Shown here in pieces: positions 17,363-27,582 of a stretch of 64,000 bases of DNA (position 1 is the first letter of the stretch; each line of letters begins with the position of its first letter). The notes under the pieces were generated by a model. That model was not told the DNA's origin, did not search any database, and was given only the letters and a program-made list of their open reading frames with translations. Position numbers and translations under genes: made by a program. This DNA comes from Phycisphaeraceae bacterium. Lineage in GTDB: Bacteria > Planctomycetota > Phycisphaerae > Phycisphaerales > Phycisphaeraceae. The stretch lies in contig OY771506.1 in the NCBI GenBank assembly GCA_963674705.1, positions 3,392,001-3,456,000 on the forward strand, read 5' to 3'.

Positions 17363-20074
17363 TTACGCTGCGTCAGATGTCGAGCTGCCTTCGAGGTCGA
17401 CATCAGCGTCGCCGTTATCTGAGGGCTGGTCGGCGACGTTGGGGACGTAACCTTCCTCGATGAGTTTCCCGTCCTTGGTCTTGATTTGCGGAACAGGATT
17501 TTCCTTATCGTGCTGAGCCCAGGCTTTTTCGAGTTCCTTCTGCTTGTCTTCTTCGACGGCTGACCATGCCAGGCGTCCGCGGCACTTCGGGAAGGCGGAG
17601 CAGCTCAACCAGAGCCCGCGTTTGGAGTCACGCATGTTTAATGGGCTCTCACACTTCGGGCACGGGATGTCCGTCAGGTAGGGCGGCGTCTTCGGCAGCT
17701 TCACGCCACCTTTTTTCGGATCGAGATTGACGATGCCTTTACAGGTCGGGTAATCGACACAGCCGAGGAACGGGCCGAAGCGGCCGGTGCGTTTGGTCAT
17801 GCCTTTGCCGCAGAGCGGGCAGAGGATGTCTGTCATCGCCGGTTCGACGGGATTGCCTTCACGGTCGATCGGTGCGGCGTAGTCGCAGCCTTCACCTTTC
17901 TTGATGAACGTTGAGCAGGAGAGGAACCGTCCGTTCTTGCCGAAGCGATAGACCGTGCCGGCTCCACACTTCGGACACTTGTGCGGCGCAGGTTCGGTGA
18001 CGGCCTTGGCGTGGTCGAGTTCTTCGTGTGCCTTGGCCAGACGATCTTTGAACGGGCCATAGAAGTCGGCGAGCATCTGACGCCAGTCGTGGTGCTCGTC
18101 CTCGATCTTGTCGAGTTCGTCTTCCATGTAGCGTGTGTATGCCACATCCATGACCTTGGGGAACGCTTCGGTCAGCATGTCGGATACAACCATACCCAGG
18201 TCGGTTGCGGCCAACCGTTTGTCGCGTGGGAATAGCGGCTCGACGTACTTGCGGTCCTGAATCGTTTGGATGATTGCGGCATAAGTCGAAGGCCGACCGA
18301 TGCCTTCTTCTTCCAGCTTCTTCTGCAGCGACGCTTCGGTGTAGCGCGGCGGCGGGCTGGTGAAGTGCTGGGTCGGGTCGACCTTCATCGGCCCAAGTTC
18401 CTGCTGTTCCTGAAGGGTTGGAAGGATCACGTCGTCCCCGCCATTGGGCAGGCCCATCGCCTTGTAGAAGCCGTCGAACGCCAGCGTCCGGCCGGTCGCA
18501 CGGAAGGTGGCGTCGGGCTTGAGCTGTGAGGCCTTGGCCTTGATCGTGATGGATGTTGAATCCCACTGGGCCGGTGTCATCTGACAGGCAACGAAGCGGC
18601 GCCAGATCAGGTCATACAAGCGGAACTGCTGGTCGTTGAGCTTGTTGCGAACCGAGTCGGGTGTGATGGAGACGTCGGTAGGGCGGATCGCCTCGTGGGC
18701 TTCCTGTGCGTCCTTATTGCTGGATGAGTAGAAGTTGGGTTTGTCAGGCAAGTAGTCCTTGCCGTAGCGTTTCTCGATGTAGTCACGCGCCATGTTCAGG
18801 GCTTCACCCGAGATGTGCGTGGAGTCGGTACGCATGTAGGTAATCAGGCCGGTCTGGCCGCGTGCGCCGCCGAGGTCAACACCTTCGTAGAGGCTTTGGG
18901 CGGTACGCATCGTGCGCTGCAGCGGGAAACCGAGACGGTTGGCAGCGGCCTGCTGCATCGTGCTGGTGATGAACGGGGCGCTGGGCTTGGTGCTTGTGCG
19001 TTTTGTCTGGATCGACTCGATCTTAAATTCGGGTCGATTGTCAGCCATGTGACCTTGATAGATGCAAAGGTTCTTGGCTGGGCCCTTGCCTTTGGGGTCT
19101 TCCGTTTCGATCGTGTCGTCGAGAGCCATACCCAGACGCTGTGCGGCCTTTAGCGCAACATCACGGTTGTCCGGCTTGAAGGCTTCGCCATCGATATCAA
19201 TCAACTCTGCTTTGAGGCAGGCGTGGTCGCTAAGCCAGGCATTCTGTTGCTTGATCGTCGCGGGCTTGGACTCGGGTTGCTCTGCAAGCCATTTGTCCCA
19301 GGCTTCACCCAACTTAACCGCTTTGGCGACCTCGGTGGCGAACAGGCCGGTGATACGCCAGTACTCATCCGGGATAAATGCGTCGATCTCACGTTCACGT
19401 TCGACGACCAGGCGGACCGCCACGGATTGCACACGGCCGGCGCTCAGGCCACCCGCCACTTTCTTCCATAGCAGGGGAGAGACCTGGTAGCCCACGATGC
19501 GGTCCAGAATGCGACGGGCCTGTTGAGCGTCGACCTTGCAGCCATCGATGCTGCGCGGGCTCTCGAAGGCTCTGGCGATCTCGGACTTGGTAATCGCGTT
19601 GAAGACCACACGCTTGGCGTCAAAGATCGGCACGCCCAGCGTGTCCGCGAGGTGCCAGGCGATGGCCTCTCCCTCGCGGTCAAGGTCGGTCGCGAACCAG
19701 ACGTCTACAGCCTGCTTGGCGGCTTTCTTCAAAGCGCTGACCGTGGTCTTTTTATCCTTGAGTATTTCGTAAGTGGGTTCGAAGTGATTTTCGAGGTCCA
19801 CACCGGGGACGGGGTTTTTTACACCCTTGGGATTACGCGGAGGCAGGTCACGGACGTGGCCGACGCTCGCCATCACGACGTAATCGGGGCCCAGGTACTT
19901 ATTGATAGTCTTGGCCTTGGTGGGGCTTTCGACGATAACCAGGTGCTTACCGGTGGCATCGACATTCTCCATGCCACGACGTCCACCCTTTCGGGCCGGT
20001 GCCTTTTTCTTGGCTGGGGCCTTCTTCGTGGTCTTCTTGGCCGTCTTGCTGGCTTTGGAGGTCTTTTTCGCCAT
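17363..20074 (-). CDS. topA: DNA topoisomerase I
   Basis: IVESPTKAK, ATDLDREGE, SAGRVQS, LITYMRTDS (catalytic Tyr), QEAHEAIRPT, GIGRPST, three C-terminal zinc ribbons. Confidence 0.97.
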   Translation of the reverse strand: MAKKTSKASKTAKKTTKKAPAKKKAPARKGGRRGMENVDATGKHLVIVESPTKAKTINKYLGPDYVVMASVGHVRDLPPRNPKGVKNPVPGVDLENHFEPTYEILKDKKTTVSALKKAAKQAVDVWFATDLDREGEAIAWHLADTLGVPIFDAKRVVFNAITKSEIARAFESPRSIDGCKVDAQQARRILDRIVGYQVSPLLWKKVAGGLSAGRVQSVAVRLVVEREREIDAFIPDEYWRITGLFATEVAKAVKLGEAWDKWLAEQPESKPATIKQQNAWLSDHACLKAELIDIDGEAFKPDNRDVALKAAQRLGMALDDTIETEDPKGKGPAKNLCIYQGHMADNRPEFKIESIQTKRTSTKPSAPFITSTMQQAAANRLGFPLQRTMRTAQSLYEGVDLGGARGQTGLITYMRTDSTHISGEALNMARDYIEKRYGKDYLPDKPNFYSSSNKDAQEAHEAIRPTDVSITPDSVRNKLNDQQFRLYDLIWRRFVACQMTPAQWDSTSITIKAKASQLKPDATFRATGRTLAFDGFYKAMGLPNGGDDVILPTLQEQQELGPMKVDPTQHFTSPPPRYTEASLQKKLEEEGIGRPSTYAAIIQTIQDRKYVEPLFPRDKRLAATDLGMVVSDMLTEAFPKVMDVAYTRYMEDELDKIEDEHHDWRQMLADFYGPFKDRLAKAHEELDHAKAVTEPAPHKCPKCGAGTVYRFGKNGRFLSCSTFIKKGEGCDYAAPIDREGNPVEPAMTDILCPLCGKGMTKRTGRFGPFLGCVDYPTCKGIVNLDPKKGGVKLPKTPPYLTDIPCPKCESPLNMRDSKRGLWLSCSAFPKCRGRLAWSAVEEDKQKELEKAWAQHDKENPVPQIKTKDGKLIEEGYVPNVADQPSDNGDADVDLEGSSTSDAA

Positions 20075-20308
20075 GGGTGTTTCGGGTACTGATTACGTCG
20101 TTTCGGCCAAATTCTAGGCCTCTATTCACACGGATAAATCCGGCGTTAGTCTAGGTCTCATCGGTCCGAATGTGGCCCGACACTTGAACAGCGAAACGTC
20201 CCGTTGTCAAGTATCGTCTCTAAGTGGTGTAAAGATAGGATAATATGAATTTGGTTCAAACGTCTCGGAATAGGCCCTAATTACCGATTAGCTCGATTTG
20301 AGGGGCTA

Positions 20309-21289
20309 TTACCGGACATAGGCCAGGGATCGTTCAGCCATCTCAGCAGGGCTCATCGCCTGGGCCGGCAACCAACTGACCTGCTGGAAGCGTCGCAGCC
20401 AAGTCCGCTGCTGCTTGGCGAACCGGCGAGTCAGGACTTTTGTCCGCTCAAAGGCCTCATCCAGCGTCCACCGGCCTTCCAGATGCTCCAGAACCTGCTT
20501 GTACCCCAAGGCCTCTCGGGCCTGCTCGCCCAACAGACCGGCCGCGTGGAGACGTTTGGTCTCGTCGGGCAGGCTCTCACCATTCGGACAGACGGCGGCC
20601 GCCAGTGCCGGGTCTACCTTCTCTGGATAGAACATCACCTTAACCCGCAGATTGATCCGGGAATTGATCTCCTCGACAGGCCAGTGCATCCCCAGCATCA
20701 CAGGGTTGTAACGATATTGCCGTTTCGGATCGTCTGCCCACTGCTGTTGCCTGCTGCTGATCGTCTGGCCGGTCATGTGGTGGACTTCAAGGGCACGGAC
20801 CAGGCGTTTGCGGTCGTTCGGGGCGATACGCCCGGCTGCTTCGGGGTCGATTTTAGAGACCCGCTCGTGCAATTCTGGGCCTTCGATGCCTTCCAGTGAG
20901 GCGCGAAATGCTTCGTCCTGCCCCGGACCTTCGAACATGCCTTCGAGCAGGGCTTTGAGGTAGAGGTTGGTTCCACCGACGATGATTGGCGTTTTGCCTT
21001 GGGATTGCAGGTTGGAGATGAGGCTTTCGACCTGCTCCAGCCAGTCGGCGACGGTGAAACGCTGCGTCGGTTCGACGATGTTGACCATGTGGTGGGGGAT
21101 CCGATCACGCAGGTCCTGGGGTGGCTTGGCGGTGCCGGCGTCCATCTGACGGTAGACCTGCATCGAATCTGCCCCGATCACCTCACCCTTGCCGGGCAAG
21201 CGCTCAGCCAATTCCACAGCCAGGTCGCTCTTGCCCCCGGCGGTGGGCCCGAGGATCACGATCGGTCGACATGTCTTCTCACTACTCAT
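20309..21289 (-). CDS. miaA: tRNA dimethylallyltransferase
   Basis: GPTAGGKS, DSMQVYR, GTAKP, VGGTNLY, LGYKQ, TRRFAKQQRTW. Confidence 0.95.
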   Translation of the reverse strand: MSSEKTCRPIVILGPTAGGKSDLAVELAERLPGKGEVIGADSMQVYRQMDAGTAKPPQDLRDRIPHHMVNIVEPTQRFTVADWLEQVESLISNLQSQGKTPIIVGGTNLYLKALLEGMFEGPGQDEAFRASLEGIEGPELHERVSKIDPEAAGRIAPNDRKRLVRALEVHHMTGQTISSRQQQWADDPKRQYRYNPVMLGMHWPVEEINSRINLRVKVMFYPEKVDPALAAAVCPNGESLPDETKRLHAAGLLGEQAREALGYKQVLEHLEGRWTLDEAFERTKVLTRRFAKQQRTWLRRFQQVSWLPAQAMSPAEMAERSLAYVR

Positions 21290-21353
21290 CCCGAGCATTG
21301 TAGTAAACGGGACCGTCTACTACTGCCATGCTGTCTCGGGTTAGAATCCCCCT

Positions 21354-23519
21354 ATGCCTGAGGCTACATCCGATTCCAAACCGATCCGTCTCGGTTCGAA
21401 GGTGCAGGAGATCCCTGGTGTGGGTAAGAACCGGGCGCGGCTGTTTGGTCGGCTGGATATCCATACCGTCAGCGACCTGATCCGGCATCTACCGATGCGG
21501 TATGAGCATGAGGCGGAGGAGGGGGGGATCGGTCAGCTCCAAGCCGGCACGATCGGTTCTGCTCGCGGGATCGTGCAAGGCGCACAGTGGGTCAGCGGGG
21601 GATACGGGTCGGGCCGCAAGGGGCGTTTTACCGCGACGCTGGCCGACGATTCGGGCACACTGAGTCTGACGTGGTTCAATGCGGGTTACCTGCGCGACAA
21701 GTTGCATCCGGGTATGACCATCCGCGTGCAGGGGAAGGTCAAGCTATTCAACAACTACCCGCAGATGGTTAATCCAAAGTGGGAAGTATTAGAGGATGAA
21801 TCTGCGACGCCTGCCAGGCAGCAGCGCATCCGGCCGGTCTACCCCGCGACGGAAGACCTGCCTTCGGCCATCATCGAGAAGGTGATCGCAGAGGCGCTGC
21901 CACAGGTGTTGCCAGATTTGGCGGACCCGTTGCCGGGCGAGTTGCTACAGCATCACGAGATGCCGCCGCTGGCTCATGCGTTTGAATGGGCGCATAAGCC
22001 GGACAACATGGACCAGGCGGGCGCGGCACGTCGCCGGCTTGCGTTCAATGAGTTACTGCTATTACAACTTGGTATCGCAATGAAGCGTGCGTACGTGCAC
22101 GAACGTCTGGCGGCGCCGAGCCTGCGTTTTTCCAAGGCGATCGATAAGCACATCCGTGAGCGTTTTCCCTTTACGTTGACCGAGCAACAGGACGAAGCGG
22201 TTAACGAAATCGCCAAGGACATGAAGCAGCCGATCCCGATGAATCGGCTTTTGCAGGGCGATGTGGGAGCGGGCAAGACGGTGGTGGCGCTCTATGCCTT
22301 GCTGCTTGCGGTGGCGGACCGGATGCAAGGCGTTTTGCTTGCGCCGACGGAACTGCTGGCAGAGCAACACTTCGGCTCGATCTGCCGGATGCTTGAAGGC
22401 TCGGATGTATCCGTTGCCTTGCTGACCAGTACGACGCCGCCCAAGGCCGGGGGAGAACGCGAGCAGTTGCTTTCAGACATCGCGGAAGGCAAGACCGACC
22501 TTGTCGTGGGGACGCATGCATTACTGGCAGATCACGTTAAGTTCCACAACCTCGCGGTGGCGGTGATCGATGAACAGCACCGGTTCGGTGTGATGCAGCG
22601 TGCAGCCTTCCGTGATGCGAATAGGCACACCAAGACAGGTAAGGACGGCAAGAAGCATATCCCGCATCACCTGGTGATGACCGCGACACCGATCCCACGC
22701 ACGTTGAGTCTGACACTCTTCGGTGACTTAGATGTCTCGACGATCCGTGGCCTGCCTCCGGGGCGTACGCCGATCACGAACCGTGTGGTGACACGCCAGC
22801 AGTCGGATGAGGTTTATCGCTATCTGGCTGCACGTCTTGAACGAGGCGAGCAGGCCTATGTCGTCGTGCCTGCGATCGACGCGGCCGGCAAAGAGACGGA
22901 CAAGCAACTGACGAATGTGCGTGACCATGCGAAGCTTTTGCAGGATAAGTACTGCGAAGGTTTCAAAGTCGCGACGGTGCACGGCCGACTCAAGACCGAG
23001 ACACGCGAAAGAATCATGAACCAGTTCCGGGAAGGCAAGATCAATGTGCTGGTTGCCACGACGGTGATCGAAGTCGGTGTTGACGTGCCAAATGCAACGG
23101 TGATGATCATCGAACATGCTGAGCGGTTTGGGTTGGCGCAACTGCATCAATTGAGGGGTCGAGTCGGCAGGGGGGATCATGGCCGACGCAGTCTGTGCGT
23201 GTTTATTTCTGAACCCACAACGGAAGAAGCAGAAAAACGTCTGAAAGCGATTGCCGCGACGAATGACGGCTTCAAGATCGCTGAGCAGGACCTTGAAATC
23301 CGAGGTATGGGCGACTTCTTCGGCACACGCCAATCCGGCTTGCCGCCACTGCGTGTCGCTCGCATCCCCGAGGATATGGAACTCTTGCAGCTAGCCAAAC
23401 GTGATGCCAAGGAAGTTATCGATGCGGACCCCTTCCTGCATGAAGAAAAGAATCAGACGCTGCGCAAGATCCTCATGCATACCTACGGCGAAGCGATGGG
23501 GCTGATCGATGTGGGGTAG
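21354..23519 (+). CDS. recG: ATP-dependent DNA helicase RecG
   Basis: QGDVGAGKT, DEQHRFG, MTATPIPRTL, QLHQLRGRVGRG, DLEIRGMGDFFGTRQSG. Confidence 0.97.
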   Translation: MPEATSDSKPIRLGSKVQEIPGVGKNRARLFGRLDIHTVSDLIRHLPMRYEHEAEEGGIGQLQAGTIGSARGIVQGAQWVSGGYGSGRKGRFTATLADDSGTLSLTWFNAGYLRDKLHPGMTIRVQGKVKLFNNYPQMVNPKWEVLEDESATPARQQRIRPVYPATEDLPSAIIEKVIAEALPQVLPDLADPLPGELLQHHEMPPLAHAFEWAHKPDNMDQAGAARRRLAFNELLLLQLGIAMKRAYVHERLAAPSLRFSKAIDKHIRERFPFTLTEQQDEAVNEIAKDMKQPIPMNRLLQGDVGAGKTVVALYALLLAVADRMQGVLLAPTELLAEQHFGSICRMLEGSDVSVALLTSTTPPKAGGEREQLLSDIAEGKTDLVVGTHALLADHVKFHNLAVAVIDEQHRFGVMQRAAFRDANRHTKTGKDGKKHIPHHLVMTATPIPRTLSLTLFGDLDVSTIRGLPPGRTPITNRVVTRQQSDEVYRYLAARLERGEQAYVVVPAIDAAGKETDKQLTNVRDHAKLLQDKYCEGFKVATVHGRLKTETRERIMNQFREGKINVLVATTVIEVGVDVPNATVMIIEHAERFGLAQLHQLRGRVGRGDHGRRSLCVFISEPTTEEAEKRLKAIAATNDGFKIAEQDLEIRGMGDFFGTRQSGLPPLRVARIPEDMELLQLAKRDAKEVIDADPFLHEEKNQTLRKILMHTYGEAMGLIDVG

Positions 23520-23526
23520 TTAATTT

Positions 23527-23552
23527 ACCACAGAGACACAGAGGCACAGAGA
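23527..23552. repeat. Short tandem 8-mer repeat (CACAGAGR x3)
   Basis: AC-CACAGAGA-CACAGAGG-CACAGAGA directly after the recG stop. Confidence 0.75.
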
Positions 23553-23558
23553 AGAAGT

Positions 23559-23658
23559 GGAACAGGGATGGACACAGATGAACACAGATAGTCTGGATTA
23601 AGGACTACTTCTGTATATACACTTCTTATCCGTGTTCATCTGTGTCCATCCCTGTTCC
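23559..23658. repeat. 32-bp inverted repeat pair with 36-nt spacer (MITE/REPIN-like)
   Basis: Left arm 23559-23590 and right arm 23627-23658 are reverse complements at 31/32 positions. Confidence 0.9.
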
Positions 23659-24150
23659 TCCTAAATCTGGTTTAGGTTTCGGCGGTTTGTTTTCGCCGCG
23701 CCTGGCCTGGAAGAATGTTTGTAGTACAGCGGCGCATTCATCTTTCAAGACATCGGCTTCGACCTCCAATCGATGGTTGAAACGTGTGTCGGTGCAGATT
23801 TCGTAGAGCGTGTGCACGCAGCCCATCTTGGGGTCTGGTGCGCCGTACACCAGTCGAGTGATCCGGCTGTTCACGAGAGCCCCGGCGCACATCGGGCAAG
23901 GTTCGAGCGTGACGGCGATGGTGCAGCCGTCCAACCGCCATGTGCCGATTTTCTTTGCCGCTTCTTTGAGAGCGAGAATCTCCGCGTGGGCGGTCGGGTC
24001 GGCGGTGCTCTCTCGCAGGTTGTGGGCTTTGGCCAGGACCTCATCACCTCGATAAATCACCGCCCCGATCGGCACTTCGCCTATCGCCGCTGCCAGACTC
24101 GCCTCGGTCAGTGCGAGTTTCATCATGGATACGTCCAGATTGTCAGCCAT
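23626..24150 (-). CDS. tadA: tRNA adenosine(34) deaminase
   Basis: EVPIGA, AHAE, TLEPCPMC, YGAPDPK, FFQARR; start set at ATG 24150. Confidence 0.93.
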   Translation of the reverse strand: MADNLDVSMMKLALTEASLAAAIGEVPIGAVIYRGDEVLAKAHNLRESTADPTAHAEILALKEAAKKIGTWRLDGCTIAVTLEPCPMCAGALVNSRITRLVYGAPDPKMGCVHTLYEICTDTRFNHRLEVEADVLKDECAAVLQTFFQARRGENKPPKPKPDLGGTGMDTDEHG

Positions 24151-24205
24151 AGGCGCAAGTGTAGCCGACCTGTGAGTCGATGCGTAAATCAGATAGACTG
24201 ATACG

Positions 24206-25342
24206 GTGAAGATTCTTTGTGCTCCAGACAGTTTTAAAGGTTCGCTCTCAGCGATGCAGGTAGCACGGGCAATGGCGCGCGGCATCCTAAACGCGGATCC
24301 TGATGCCCATATCGATTTATGCCCGATCTCCGATGGCGGGGATGGTTTTATCAGTGCGATCTCACATGCTTGTCATCACACGCAGTACGCTCTGCGATGT
24401 CACGGGCCGCGCGGCAAGCAGATTGAGGCGGACTGGTTCATGCTGCACCAGAAAGGCGGCAGCCACAGTGCCGTGATCGAAATGGCGGCCGCGGCGGGAT
24501 TGCACCTGCTTGCCCCGGACGAGCGGGATGCGACGCAAACCACCACATACGGCGTCGGTGAACTGATTGCCCATGCCATCGGCCATGACGTTAGTGACAT
24601 TCTGATCGGTATAGGCGGCAGCGCGACCAACGACGGCGGTTGCGGCATGGCCCAGGCGCTGGGCGCACGGTTTTTCGATACTGAGGGCAATGAAATCGAC
24701 ACACCGATCACCGGCGGGATGCTGGAAAGTATCGCAAGCATCGACGTTTCGCCGCTGCGTGAAAAACTACGCGGTGTGACCGTGACTGTGGCGTGCGACG
24801 TGACCAATCCGTTGACCGGTTTGAATGGCGCGGCCCATATCTATGGCCCACAAAAAGGCGCGACACCCGAGGAAGTGGAGCAGCTTGATCGCGGTCTATC
24901 TCATCTGGTGGGACTTTGGCGGGATCTATTGGGCGTGGATGTTGAAAAGACGCCCGGCGCCGGCGCGGCGGGGGGATTGGGCGGCGGCCTGATTGCGTTC
25001 TGTCACGGCGAATTGCGATCGGGCGTGGAGATCGTGCTGGAGCAGGTGCGGTTTAATGAGCGCGTGAAGTTCAGCGACCTGTGCCTGACCGGCGAAGGCC
25101 AACTCGACGGCCAGTCCTTATCCGGCAAAGCGGTGCTTGGCGTGGCTAAAGCAGCAGCCAAACACAACGTCCCGACCATCGCCCTTGTGGGCAAACTAGG
25201 TCCGGGTTACGAGAAAGCGATCGCGGCCGGTCTGAAGGAAGCGATTGAAATCGGGCCGGGGCTGCCTGCAGAGCAGTCCATGTCACGTGCCGCTGAGCTA
25301 CTAAGTAGTGTGGCAGCCAAAACCGTTGCGCATTTTATCTGA
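24206..25342 (+). CDS. glxK: Glycerate kinase (GarK/GlxK family)
   Basis: APDSFKGSL, SDGGDG, IGGSATNDGG, CDVTNPL, YGPQKGA, GAGAAGGLG, TGEG. Confidence 0.93.
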   Translation: MKILCAPDSFKGSLSAMQVARAMARGILNADPDAHIDLCPISDGGDGFISAISHACHHTQYALRCHGPRGKQIEADWFMLHQKGGSHSAVIEMAAAAGLHLLAPDERDATQTTTYGVGELIAHAIGHDVSDILIGIGGSATNDGGCGMAQALGARFFDTEGNEIDTPITGGMLESIASIDVSPLREKLRGVTVTVACDVTNPLTGLNGAAHIYGPQKGATPEEVEQLDRGLSHLVGLWRDLLGVDVEKTPGAGAAGGLGGGLIAFCHGELRSGVEIVLEQVRFNERVKFSDLCLTGEGQLDGQSLSGKAVLGVAKAAAKHNVPTIALVGKLGPGYEKAIAAGLKEAIEIGPGLPAEQSMSRAAELLSSVAAKTVAHFI

Positions 25343-25348
25343 GTTGGA

Positions 25349-26740
25349 CTATCCGTGAACGATTTTGCCTTGTGCTTTGAGCTTTCGTTGCTTGAGCATA
25401 AGCAGGAACATCGCCAGGCCGCCGATGAGTCCGAAACCGGCCATGATGACGTACCAGAAAAGCCAGCCGTACTGTTCCTTGGTGGCATCCAGGACACGTC
25501 CGGTGATAGCCAGTGAGATAGCGGCTCCATAGTATTGGAATGAATCGATGACGCCTGTGGCAAAGCCCGCCATCTTTTTGCCGCCAATATCCATCGGTGC
25601 GGCGGCGCCCACGATCGAGTGCGTCGAGTTCACAGTCAAAGAGATCATGATCAGAATCGCACACCCGACAAACACACCCATTGGCGTTGGATTAACCTCA
25701 CCGAGCATCAGCAGGACCGCTGATGTTGTAATGACACACGCCTCGAACAGGTACAGCACAATCGCGACCGGTGCTCGCCTTCCAGCAAAGAACTTGTCTG
25801 AAATCATCCCGGAACCAAGTGAGCCGGTAAAGGCAACGATCGGAATGATCGTCATGGTGATGTAGATCGCTTTGGTCGGATTCTCCAGGTCAAGACCCAA
25901 TTCTTCAACGAAGTAGAGGATCGCCAACTGGTCCGAGCTGTGTCTGACCGCACCTGTGCAGGCGTAGGCCACGGCGTAGAACCAAATCAACGGGTGTGTG
26001 AATATCGTCCGGAACGAATCCAAGATCGAGACGGTCGTTCCGGCTGAATTATCAATCTCATCCTCGATCACACCAGAGAAACCTGCTTGGTCGGGTGATG
26101 GTGAGGCTGCAAAAGCCATAAATATCACTGCGGCGGCCGTGAATAGGGGTGGAATACGGAAGACCCACCGCCATTCTTCGTTGCTCCCGCCGATCGTATA
26201 TGCCCCAATGGTGAATCCGGCGATGATCAGTGGTGCAAGGTTGTTAATAGCAACCTGCCCGAGTTGGATCATCCCGCCGAAAATACCCGCGAATGTTCCT
26301 CGTTCTGTTCGGTGGAACCAGGCAGCATTGATCTTCACCATTCCAGGCGCGCCGAATGATTGGACATACCCGTTCATCAAGGCGATCAATGAGAACGTGG
26401 CAAAGGTGCTGACGAACGACGAGAAGCCGAAGACGAAGTTAATGACGATGGTCGCACAAGCACCGATGATCATCGATGTCTTGCCACCGATCCGATCACT
26501 GAGCAGGCCATTTATCAATTGGCCTGTGCCATAAGCCAGGGACCAGATCGCGAACATATCAGCGATCTGCGTCTTGTCGAAGCCGAACTCATCAATCATT
26601 CCCGGCGTGGCGTAGCGAAAGTTGTATCGGCACATGTAGTACGAAGCGTACATCAGCCCTAACGCAAACCAGTTTAGTCCTCGACGGGCCCGGAAGCCTT
26701 TTGGATGGTGGATCACGTAGTGCTTATCAGACATACTCAC
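25349..26740 (-). CDS. MFS transporter, organophosphate:Pi antiporter (GlpT/UhpC/PgtP-like) family
   Basis: YASYYMCRYNF, GLLSDRIG, WFHRTERGT, about 12 TM. Confidence 0.85.
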   Translation of the reverse strand: MSMSDKHYVIHHPKGFRARRGLNWFALGLMYASYYMCRYNFRYATPGMIDEFGFDKTQIADMFAIWSLAYGTGQLINGLLSDRIGGKTSMIIGACATIVINFVFGFSSFVSTFATFSLIALMNGYVQSFGAPGMVKINAAWFHRTERGTFAGIFGGMIQLGQVAINNLAPLIIAGFTIGAYTIGGSNEEWRWVFRIPPLFTAAAVIFMAFAASPSPDQAGFSGVIEDEIDNSAGTTVSILDSFRTIFTHPLIWFYAVAYACTGAVRHSSDQLAILYFVEELGLDLENPTKAIYITMTIIPIVAFTGSLGSGMISDKFFAGRRAPVAIVLYLFEACVITTSAVLLMLGEVNPTPMGVFVGCAILIMISLTVNSTHSIVGAAAPMDIGGKKMAGFATGVIDSFQYYGAAISLAITGRVLDATKEQYGWLFWYVIMAGFGLIGGLAMFLLMLKQRKLKAQGKIVHG

Positions 26741-26985
26741 CTGCTCGATAGTTAATACCGTGTTGTGGAAGCGTCACTTATCTGAATTGTTAATGATACG
26801 TTAATTTCTCGTTAGGCCAAGTACAATCTGTGAATCCACTTCCGATGTGGCCGTGGAAGGAATGAAGTGCTCTGATTTCGTCTGGGCCGGCAAGGATCAG
26901 CGATTCTGCAGGATACTCTCCAATGCGAGGCACTCAATATTCTGGATCACAGGAAATATCCGCAAGATATCTGACAGGGTTCAGG

Positions 26986-27384
26986 CTAAGCCTTCGGGTC
27001 CGGGCCATACTGGTTGTCTCCAGTAGTCCCTTTTTTCAGTACAAGCAGCAGCACAAGGTAGACATTGTAGAGGGGAATAATCAACAGCCAGAAGTGCATA
27101 GCCGGCCGATTCATATCATGTAACCGCCGGGCTATACACGACGCCTGGATGATAACCAGTGGGATATAAGGTACATACTCCACCACCCATGACAGGAATA
27201 TCTGTCCGATTGCAGCCAGTGCGTTTGCCGCAAATAATGCACCTAGCCAAAGAACAGCAATCAACAGTGTCCGCCAGAGGAAGCCAAGGCGATTCAATCG
27301 ACCATCGAACTGTTCTTCGGCCCAGATACAACGGGCTTTCAGCCACAGTTGGTATGAAGATGCTTGCACATGAATGTTGTCCAT
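26986..27384 (-). CDS. DUF805-family membrane protein
   Basis: FDGRLNR, ARRLHD, GDNQYGPDP motifs. Confidence 0.85.
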   Translation of the reverse strand: MDNIHVQASSYQLWLKARCIWAEEQFDGRLNRLGFLWRTLLIAVLWLGALFAANALAAIGQIFLSWVVEYVPYIPLVIIQASCIARRLHDMNRPAMHFWLLIIPLYNVYLVLLLVLKKGTTGDNQYGPDPKA

Positions 27385-27582
27385 AATGACTTCCGTTTTA
27401 AGGTGAATACACCCTCATTTTGCGTTCTGGCCACACATTTTACAACGTAGCACCACATCAGTTTGCAGCGGTGTTTCAGAGAAATACTATAAAGGCGTGG
27501 CGGTAATGCGCAAAGCACTATTCTTGAGTAGCTTGGAAGAATAGGTGTAAATCAACCACTCCGGCATGTGAAACATCAACCA

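Noticed and set aside
23559..23658. CRISPR-like repeat-spacer-repeat (32 bp, 36 nt, 32 bp)
   Set aside because: Arms are inverted rather than direct, only two occur, and there are no cas genes
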